Source: Ascidiella aspersa
Lineage: Eukaryota
Direction of reading: 5' to 3'
Length of the DNA: 64,000 nucleotides
Assembly (NCBI GenBank): GCA_963924565.1
Contig: OZ004608.1
Coordinates: forward strand, 10,788,001-10,852,000
A model generated the notes under the pieces. That model made no database searches, had not been told where the DNA came from, and saw nothing but the letters and a program-made list of their open reading frames with translations. Position 1 is the first letter of the stretch. The number at the start of each line of letters is the position of its first letter. Of this stretch, positions 50,968 to 61,900 are shown in pieces. A program made the position numbers and the translations under genes.

Positions 50968-52938
50968 ATTGAGTCCTATACCCCAATTGTGTAGCGATAT
51001 TTGCAAAGTATTGAAAACTGTGATTTTTGTATTTTTAGATAACTTAATTTATTCATTTTGTTGTTAGCAGACATTTAGCTCTTTAAAATTATAGTTTATT
51101 GTTAGCAATAGAAGTAAAAATACCCCTTGTACGTTTTGAAATATCTATAGGGAAGATTCTTGTGGTTTCAATTATCTGGAACTTAACATCCCTATCTATA
51201 GCAATATTAATGTTGTGTCACAAGAGTAAGTTTGTTTTCTTCGTTCTTCCTGTTGTGTTTACTGTAGATCAGTGGTCCCCGAATTTTTTTAGCTCGCGGC
51301 AGACTACAAAATCTTAAATAGTTCGCGGCACACTTTTAACAGAACTTTTATCAAACAATATAGTAATCTTACAATCTCCATTAACACACTAAAAACTAAA
51401 TGTACAGTATATCTCAATATTACTAACTTGTAAAGGATAGTGTGTCTTTAGGTCTAAAATGCTTACGTGTATGTCTTTTGTAATACAAATAACTTAATTT
51501 TCCAAAATTACAAAAAAAATTCGAGGCACCCTTGTAGTTTAAACAATCCAACTAGTGACACAATTTTTGTTCAGTTTATTTTGTCAATTAGTCTATATTT
51601 TATTGTGCCTTTCTGCGTCTTTAATGCTCTTGTGTAAAAATAATGCCTACACTGTATATATTTGTTTTGTTATTGTGTATGCAATTTATTGTTCTGCTTG
51701 ATGTATGTGGGAAAACATCTTAAATGGTGGACGAAGAAATATCATTATGTAGAAAAATAAATGTTATATACTTGTTTCAGGTAACTTTTGTTTGCTCATT
51801 TATGTCTGATTTATAGCCTAAAATACCCATTTGGTTTTACCCGGTCTTTACTGAGAGAGAAGTTTTCAAAACTAGTTTAAAAAAATATTGTGCCTTTACT
51901 ATTTGTAAAGTTTTCGGTATTATCAGGTATGCACTATGAATGTAACAAAAACAAAAGGAGTTTTTTATTTGTGTTCCAAACATTTGTCAACTCTTTTGGG
52001 TGATATTTGAAGATTTATGACCCAAACAGAATGATTTTCCTTGTTTTTGATCATGAAGCTGTAGCTACTAGTTTTAAGCTCCATTCGATATTTTTGCTAT
52101 TACACAACAACAAACCTGAGAATTGATAAAATGGCACTAATTCACTGAACCAACATACACCCATTTGTAGTTATAATTGAATTGGCCTAATTATACAACA
52201 ATAATCTTGTTTGTTATGTTTTTCATGCTGACTTCTTATAGGAATTTATGATGTTTCTTATGCCCTATTAAAAAAGAATTTTTTGAGGTTTAACAAATCT
52301 TGTGTGGTAAACACAGTTTTATTGTAAACAACGATAGAATAAAGCTTTATTAAGTCTTTTTTGTTGTTTCAAGATAAATAAATGGTAGCTGGTTAGAAAG
52401 TCTGGTTTCTTTTCAAGTACCTTTATATGAGTCCAAGTTACATGATATTCTGATTTAGTTTTTACCACTTGAGTTTCCTGATATATTTTTTTCAAACTTT
52501 GGAATAAAGTCTTCTCGTGCAATAGTTTGTAAGTGAATGTAAAATTTAAACTAAATATGAATTACATTTAAATTTAGTTTGTTTGTAAAAACCTACAATT
52601 TTGTTTATTACAATTGCTTAAAAAATTATACTTATGACACCAACAAATAACATAACAAAAAACAAACCATTCATTATCTTATTTTTAATAACCAAAATGC
52701 TATTCATTTAAAAAAAAAGGCAAGAATATTGATGAAAATGCACTTTATGAGATGCAGTTTACATATACTGGTGTATTCTACCATTAGGTGGAAATAGAGC
52801 ACTGTGTGCCACCTGAGTGATCACTGTGGACAAAACCTATATATTGCCTGTTTTAAGTTTTTGTGAACAGGACGTGATTTCAGGATTACTGCACAGTATA
52901 TATTTTATGTTTTGTACATGACATTTTAAAGAAAATAG

Positions 52939-55900
52939 ATGAGATATTCACTTTTTTTATTATTTTTTGTGGTATTGCTTGATTTTGCGAAAGGTGAGTA
53001 AAAATATTCCCAAATATTCTATAATATTGCATAATCTCATGTGTGTCGTTTTTCTTTAGGAGCACCCTGTACATTAACTCAAGGCGCACGACAAGTATAT
53101 GAGTATGCTCCGGCAGGGACCGTAGTTGATTATGGAACATACGAAGCAGGCCATCCACCTAGGATAATTACCCTCGATCCAGATTTACAAATATATTTTG
53201 AGATGGACAACGAAACTATGAGAGTTAAAGATACAAATATAACAAGAGATGTTGGTACTGAAATAAGTGGGGATATGTTTTGCAACACTGGTACCGGTCC
53301 AGAAATTGTATGTAATTTATATTTTGATTGTAAAATTAGGGTTTAATATAAATATGTGTTTTATTTGCAGACAGATAATATTAAGGTTACTGTGACCAAA
53401 ATCAATAAAAGTCCTCCAAGTTTCATTCCAGATGCTGGCTATATAGCTGTTATACCTGAAGTAAATTGGTTAATACTTTTTAAGTTTAATTGCTACTTGG
53501 TAAAAAACCTTTAAACAATTTTTTTTTAACTTTTTTTTTTTTAATTTGTTGAATGCATTTTTTTCCTTAACAGAAAGTAATACATTGTTTATTTAAAATT
53601 ACCAGCTAAAATAACAAGGCAGATAAGATTTTCCATATAGGGTGAGCTTAAGAATATGTTTAAAAACATTAAAATAGGTTTGTTAGTCTATGGTTTGCTT
53701 GCTTGTATATTTTTTGTAATATTCCTTTATGTTTAAAGACATATCCAACCGGTCTCAATATATTGTTTGTTGAAGCAACAGATGATGATGTCTTCGGAAT
53801 AAATTTTATCATTGAAGAACAAGTTCCTGATAGTGCATTCATATTGACTTCACCTAGCTCTTCTTCCACCCAAATTCAACTAAATAAATCTATTGATTAC
53901 AACACCTATACCCACTATAATCTTACAATGTATGTTATCAGGGTTTTTTATTGTGGAGTGTCTAACATAGATTACAAATTTACTGGGATTATTTTTGTTA
54001 TTAGATCTGCAACCAGTACTGGGAAGGACAATGTGGGTAACGAATTACCACAAACTACCACCCAAATGTTTACAATAAATATAAGAGACATTGATAACAA
54101 TCCACCTCAGTTTCTTCCTTGTTCCACATTCCCTGCAACACGTTGTCCTCCACCACTTTATCAGGCCGAGATGTTGCCGGGAAATAAATCTGTAAGTTGG
54201 ATATGTTTATGTTTGCTCAACTACTATACCTATATTGCTGTAAAATGTTAATTTGATAAAGCCTTGTACCAAATATATCATCCGCACTACAATTTAAACA
54301 ACACTGTCGGAAACTTATTATATTCTTCAAATGATAATGTGCATCGGGTGTGTTTTTGTTCTAAATAATTAAGTTAATGAAATTATTATCTTATAACAAC
54401 AATTTTGCCTATATTTATTACCGAAATGACTTGACAATAGTCAATATAATAAAATATTGCCACAGATCTCTTTTGTTACACCATCAATAGAAGCTACAGA
54501 TGGAGACTCTGGGTTAAATGAAAATATTTCATACAAGTTTATCGCTGGTATGTCAACAATGTTTAAATGTTATAATAGGGTACATCTAACACTGTTAAAT
54601 TGGTTAAGTTAAATACAACAAACAAAAAACTGCCCACTATGCCGTGCATATTGGATTTAATTTGCTTTCAAGTAAATTAAGGTAAAAATAGTATTTTTAC
54701 CTAAAATTGTATGAAGGTGTACTTTCATTACATTGGACAAACATTTCTCTTCTTGTTAGGCCAACCAGCAAGGTATTTGGACCATTTTGAAATCAATCCT
54801 AATACAGGTGCTATAACTTGCACAAAAGAAGTTACCGTAAATGGTCAAATGTTTACCATTTTGGTAGAAGCAACAGAAACCACAGGAAAGTCTTCTGTGG
54901 CAACATTAACAGTAAGTCAACCAATGGATATTTTTATAAAATTCAAAGAGGTTTTGTGTTGTATGTGTAATGAGACACCCTTTAAGATTAAGAGGTAAAA
55001 CCAGTAGCTAGACAGGGTATCCCTATGTGTCCACTTGATTATTTTGATATACAATCATGGAAAGCACTTATAATTTTTATGGTTTTTCTTTTTAGTTACA
55101 GTGTTTTAATACCCCATAATTATTGTGTTTTATTGATATCTATTTGATCAGATTACAGTTGAAAATGTAATAAACTCAGCTCCTAATATCACGTCTACTT
55201 CTGAAACCGGTTACATCCAAGAAGGACTGTCAGGTTTTACATTTGTCACTGAAGATCAAAATGGAACAGTGCCAATAATCCTAACTGTCACAGATGATGG
55301 AGGAAACCCTTTACCAGTATGTTTGTTGTTTAAACTCTTAAACAAGATTTATTCTGCCACTATTAATGTTTTCTGCAGAACGTTTTTTACAATGTTACCC
55401 CAACAACATATGAAGTTTCAAGTGATGGGTTTATTTTAAGGTCCCCCAAGAAAACAAGTTTTGCCATAAGTGACAATATTGAGGTAATGTGTTTTTTTTA
55501 TTTTAACATAACGGAATCATATTCTAACATTTCTGTTTTTTTTATATTCAGATCACAGCAACAAACTTAGATGCCCCACCAGGGTCGCCAAATCGACAAT
55601 CTACTCTTAGCATTGGTGTTACTGTTGTGCCAGCAGGTGATTTTTGATGTTTTTTCTGTTTGGTTGCGTTTTTTGTGGTGATTTGTTTTGGATGATTTGT
55701 TTTTGAAATCACTCAAGCTTAGCTTAACATTTCGCTACATCTTTCATAACTTGCAATAGCAACCACTCCAGAACCTACCACTGAAGATACCACAATGTTC
55801 ACTACCGAGGTTACAACTGAAGTGACAACAGGTAATGTCTTCTGTAACAAATATAACATATAAGTTTTCAATCTTTATCTCTAAAAATATGCTAAATTGT

Positions 55901-58900
55901 TTTTTTGCTTTGTTTGAAAATGATTGTTTTGTACATGCAACTTAATTACCACAAAACAGATATTACAACAATGTAAAAATACTGGATTGCATTTTCATGC
56001 GTATCCTTAATTAGGTGTAGTTGCACGTAGTTGCTTACAAATGGATTGTAGTTATTTGGTATAATATGGCTATGGCACCTATAAACATATTAAATAGAAA
56101 TTTAATTCATTAAATATTAGTTGAAATAGTTAAACTTGTAGAAGTAACAACACCAGAGCCAACCACAGGGTTTACATCTGAACCAACAACTGAGATAACT
56201 TCAGCTGAGACAACAGGTAACAAACTAACAAAACTGCATATTTCATTTTGCCAAATTACATGCTGAATTCTCAAATTAAAATTTATTATTTTTAACATTT
56301 TGTATAATTGCCCATTCACCTAATTTTGTTTCTTTTGATTGTGTTTATTTTATAGCAATAAACTGAGCCAAAATTTTCTAATCAAAATTATTTGAAAATA
56401 ATTGGTCATGCATCAGAACAATAACTTCAAATTTTAATTGTTTAATGTACATTCCCCACCTTATAGTAGAATCGACCACACTACCAACCCAAACTTCAGA
56501 TTCTACAACAATGACTGGCGATACTTCTGCAACATCTTCAGGTCACTAAATAATAATGTGTTTGCTCAACAGTTTTGTATTGCTATAAATAAGATAATCT
56601 GAATTATTAACATTGAAGCTAGATGATTATTAATTTTCCTTTGTAAAGTAGTTAGTTGGTTACAATACAGTTTTACATTTTTAACTTCTAAAAGTCCTTA
56701 TTGCTTTAAGATCTGTTTAATTAAACACTGTACTGCATATGTAAGATTACTTATTTTTAGCTTTCTAATAATATTGATACCCTGGTAAACCAAGGTGTTG
56801 ACTTTTTTAAAAACAATGTTCTACATACTGTATAAACATTATTTTACTTTTCAAATTACAAACTCTGGGATCTCAAAATAGAAAGTATGTCTTGAAAAAA
56901 ATGCCCGCCAATATTTGTGGCCGAGGAACATTGTTATACTTGGTAATAAACATATTGAGCTCGGGAGCTACAGTGTTTGTGTCCTACCTATAATAAAAAA
57001 TTTCCAAAATATTCAGAAAAGCAGGGTAGGTTCAGGTTGTATGGGCACCAAGGCCATCTTAAAATTAATTTCAACTAGATTAACGATAAAAATATTTATA
57101 TATTTATTTAGACAGTTGCACATGACTTCTTTTTGGTTTCTTTTTCGAGGAACACAATTAAGCTTTGTATAAATATTTTTTTGCAAAAATTAATAAACTT
57201 ATAAAATAAAATTTAACACTAATTTTTATTTTTCAGTTTGCTTGGCATTTTGCCATTTAATTATACTTCCTATCGTAGACTGTTCTATAACAGTTGAGAT
57301 CTAACCATCAACATAAAATTTTGAATATTGCATTGCGTTTTTTATTGCAGTAACACAACTTTTTACTCAATATGTTTTATTTTTAGGCAGTACAGTTAAA
57401 GTTACTGACATTTCTACAACTGATTTAACTGGTAATAAGCTGTTTTATTTAACCTTGATTTAATTAAGACATATTTTGTTGAGCAAAACATGGATAATCA
57501 AGTTAAAATTCTGTAATATTATATTCTATTATATATGTTTATAATGCCCAATTTTGTAGTTTGCTTAACGCTTTAAAATTGATTTTTATGTCTGGTTTTA
57601 GTAATTTGGTGATGTTAGGCAAGAGATTACATCCTAATTAACCATGACAATTCTTTTAATTATGGTAAGAGTCATGCACATTTATCTATTGTTTTCTTCT
57701 AAGGCAGCACAGTTGATGTAACAGGCACTGCTATATCTGATTCAACTGGTAATTAGCTATTTCCTTTAACCTTGATTTAATTTGTGGATATTTTGCTAAG
57801 CAATACATGGATAAACAACTTAAAATTCTGTAATATTCTATTCTATTATATATGTTTGTAATGCCAAATTTTGTAGTTTGCTTACTGCTTTGAAATTCAT
57901 TTTTATGTCTGGTTTTAGTAATTTGGTGATGTTAGGCAATAGAATATATCCTTATTAACCATGATCATTCTTTTAATTATGGCAACGGTCACACATATTT
58001 TCTACTTGTTTTCTTCTAAAGCAGCTCTATTCATGTTGACGACACTACTTAACTCGTATTGAAGATCTTTTTTAAACTAAATCTTAATTGGACCCTCTTT
58101 GGTGTAAAAAATGAATAAACCTATAAAATTCCCTTTATAGCAGTTTGTTGAGCATTTAGCTCATTTGAAACACTTCGTATTTTAGGCCTTTTGTGGCACT
58201 GAGCAGAATTATAGTAGTTAAGAATATCACGTTTAACTACAACTCTTTATATCATAAAAGAATTACTAAGCTTTTATGACTGTAGTCATACATCTTTTTC
58301 TTTGGTATGTTTTGTTCTTAGGCAGTACAGTTGAAAGTACAGATACTTCTACACCTTTTTCATTTGGTAATTAGTCTTTTTTTTAACATGCATCCTTTTT
58401 GACATAGGTTATTTCGTAATTTATTCCAAGATTTTATGCCATAGATTACTTTCACATTATAATCCTGCGATATACATTTTAATTAATGGCTGCAATTTCA
58501 AACTTGTTCTACTTGTTTTTCATAGGCAGTACAGTTGAAGTAACAGACACTTCCCCAACTGATTTAACTGGTATTTAGCTACTTTATTCTACTTTTTTCT
58601 CAATAGGCACCTTTTTTGTGCGGAAAAATGGATAAACATTTAAAAAAAATTAAATGTTAGAATATTAAAATTCTCACTGTTGCTAAATTGCTTAAAATTT
58701 CGGAATTGTCTATTTTAGACTGTTTTTAGCAACTTATAAGAATAATATTACTATTCACAAATTTACAGTATTGCATAGCTTTTTTAACTGTAGTCACATG
58801 GTATGTTTCATTCCTAGGCAGTACAGTTGAAGTTACAGACACTTCTACAACTGATTCGACTGGTAATTAGCTAGTTTCTTCCACTTTTTCTAATGTACAT

Positions 58901-61900
58901 CTTTTTGTGTAGTAAATATAGATAAACATAATATACATATTTTGGGGGGTAATAAATTAACAAATTCAGTAATGTTGTCTTTAATCGTGTATGTATTAAA
59001 GCCAAATGTATTAGTATGCCTGCACCAAACAAATTAATAGCTTTGTTTAGATTTTCTATGGCAGATTTTAATTGTTGGGTGGTGTTTTGTGCAATTGATT
59101 AGTTTTACATCTTAATTTAATGTAATCTTTATTTAAATGGGGCTAGAATCACACATATTTTATACTTGTTTTTTTTCTTAAGCAACACAGTTGTTGTAAC
59201 AGTCAGTTCTATAATATATTAAGGTGGTATTTAGCATTATCCTTTTTTTTTTTAGTCTAACAGAATTTTTTTGTGTAGTAAAAATATATAAACAGCTTGT
59301 TGGATTCGATTTTTTACAGTTTATGTTTTTAAAGACTAATTCTGATAGTTTGCTAACCATTTGGTCATTTAATGACATTTTCTGCTATCTAAGAATTTTG
59401 TGGTGCTGAGTTATATGTACAATAGTTGAAAATATTATGCTACACTTTACCACAAAATGTCAGTATTACATAGCTTTTTTGACTTTGTTTTTCATCTTTA
59501 TTATTAGGCAGTACAGTGGAAGTTACAGACATTTCTACACCTGATTTAACAGGTATTTGGCTACTTTCTTCTAGTTTTTGCATAATAAGCATGCTTTTTG
59601 CAGTTAAAATGGACAAACATTCGATATGTTTTTTAAGATGAGTTTTTAATCTTTTTTATTTGAAACTTTACTTAGCATTTAGGCATTTAATTACAGTTTT
59701 AATCTTGGATTGTTATATAACAGTTAAGAATATCATCATTCACCATAACTTTCCACAAATAACATTGTTGCATAGCTTATTACTGCAGTTGCACATATTT
59801 TTTTACTTTATTCTATTCTTAGGCAGTACAATTGATGTAACAGACACTTCTACAACTGATTCAACTGGTATATTAGATATTTCCTTTGACCTTGTATTTA
59901 TAAGTATATTGTTTTGTAGAGCAAATAAGGGATAAAAAGTTTAAAATCCAGTATTTTTTTCTTCTATTATATATATTTTATTATCAAATTTTGGAATTGG
60001 TCTACCTCTTGGAAATTAGATTATATTTGAATAAGATATACTGACGATGCCTTGATTGGCGAAATATATATATATCTTTTAAGATCTGTTTATTGTGTCT
60101 GACCTGAATTGCTAGCTTTGCTAGAGTATTTTGCGGTTGCTCTTGGAAATTAGTTGACAACGTATTTTGTGCATGGAAGCATTAAATTGTTTTGTGTTGT
60201 AAGGCAATAGATTGCATCCTATTTAGCTGTGATAATTCTTTCAATTATGGCTACAATTATTTTTCTTAAGCAGCAATTATACACATGTTTTACTTGTTTT
60301 CTTCTTAGGTAGTACTGTTGAAATTACAGGCACTTCACCAACTGATTTAACTGGTATTTAGATTTTTTCTTCCACTTTTTTCTTAAATGTCTTCCCTTTT
60401 GGTTTAAAAAAAAGCTAAGCTTATATAACAAAATATTGGATGTTTTTTTTTGTTAAATTCTACGATTTGGTGACTATCTTAAGATTTAGGTATTAAATAA
60501 CACTTACTCTTTGTCAATAATAAATATAATTTAAGAATAGCATGTTTAACCATACATCTTCACAAAACAACTATTGCATAGCTTTTTTACTGCAGTCACT
60601 CATCTTTTCACTTGATTTTTATTATTCTTAGGCAGTACAGTTGAAGTTACAGAGATTTCTACAACTAATTCAACTGGTATTTAGCTTTCTTCTAGTTTTT
60701 GCGTAATAAGCATCCTTTTTGCAGTTAAAATGGACAAACTTAAAAATAAAACATTGGATATATTGGTTTACTTAGCATTTTAATTACAGTTCCCATCTTT
60801 GGTTGTTATATAACAGATTATTCACCATAACTTCCCACAAAATAACATTGTTGCATATTTTTTTTACTGCAGTCGTACATATTTTTTTACTTGGTTTATT
60901 CTATTCTTAGGCAGTACAATTGATGTAACAGACACTTCTACAACTGATTCAACTGGTAATCAGTTATTTTCTTTTACCTTGAATTTGTAAATATATTGTT
61001 TTGGAGCAAATGCAGTTTGAAATCCAGTAATTTATTTTTCTATCATATATATTTTATTACCAAATTTTGTAATTGATCTACTTGGAAATTTGTTGACTTT
61101 ATGTAGTTTTTTGCATGGCAGCCATAGTTTTGTGTTGTAAGGCAATAGGTTGCATCCTATTTAGCTGTGATAATTCTTTCAATTATGGCTACATTCTTTT
61201 TTCTTAGGCAGCAATATACACATGTTTTCTTGTTTTCTTCTTAGATAGTACAGTTGAAGTTACAGGCACTTCCACAACTGATTTAACTGGTATTTGGCTA
61301 CTTTCTTATATATCTTTTTTCTTAACTATCTTTCCTTTTTCCTTTTTGTATTAAAAAGTGGATCAGCTTATAACAAAACAGTGGAGGTTTTTTAAAACAA
61401 ATTTCTTAATATACAAATTTCTTAATATATTAATATTACATAGCTTTTTAACTGCGGTCACTCATCTTTTTCACTTGATTTTTATTATTCCTAGGCAGTA
61501 CAGTTGAAGTTACAGATATTTCTACAACTGATTCAACTGGTAATTAGCTGTTTTATTTAACCTTGCCATAGTATGCATCTTTTTCTGTAGTTTTTTATGT
61601 CTGATTTTAGTAATTTGTTGATGTTAGGCAATAGATTAAATCCTATTTAACTATGATAATTCTTTTAATTATGGCAACAGTCACACATGTATTCTACTTG
61701 TTTTCTTCTAAGGCACCATAGTTGATGAAACAGGCACTTCTACATCTGATTTAACTGGTAATTAGCTATTTCCTTTACCTTGATTTAATTTGTAAATATT
61801 TTGTTGAGCAAAACATAGATTAACAACTAAAAATTCTGTTATGTAATACTTTATTATATATGTTTATAATGCCAAATTTGTAGTTTGCCTAACACTTTGA

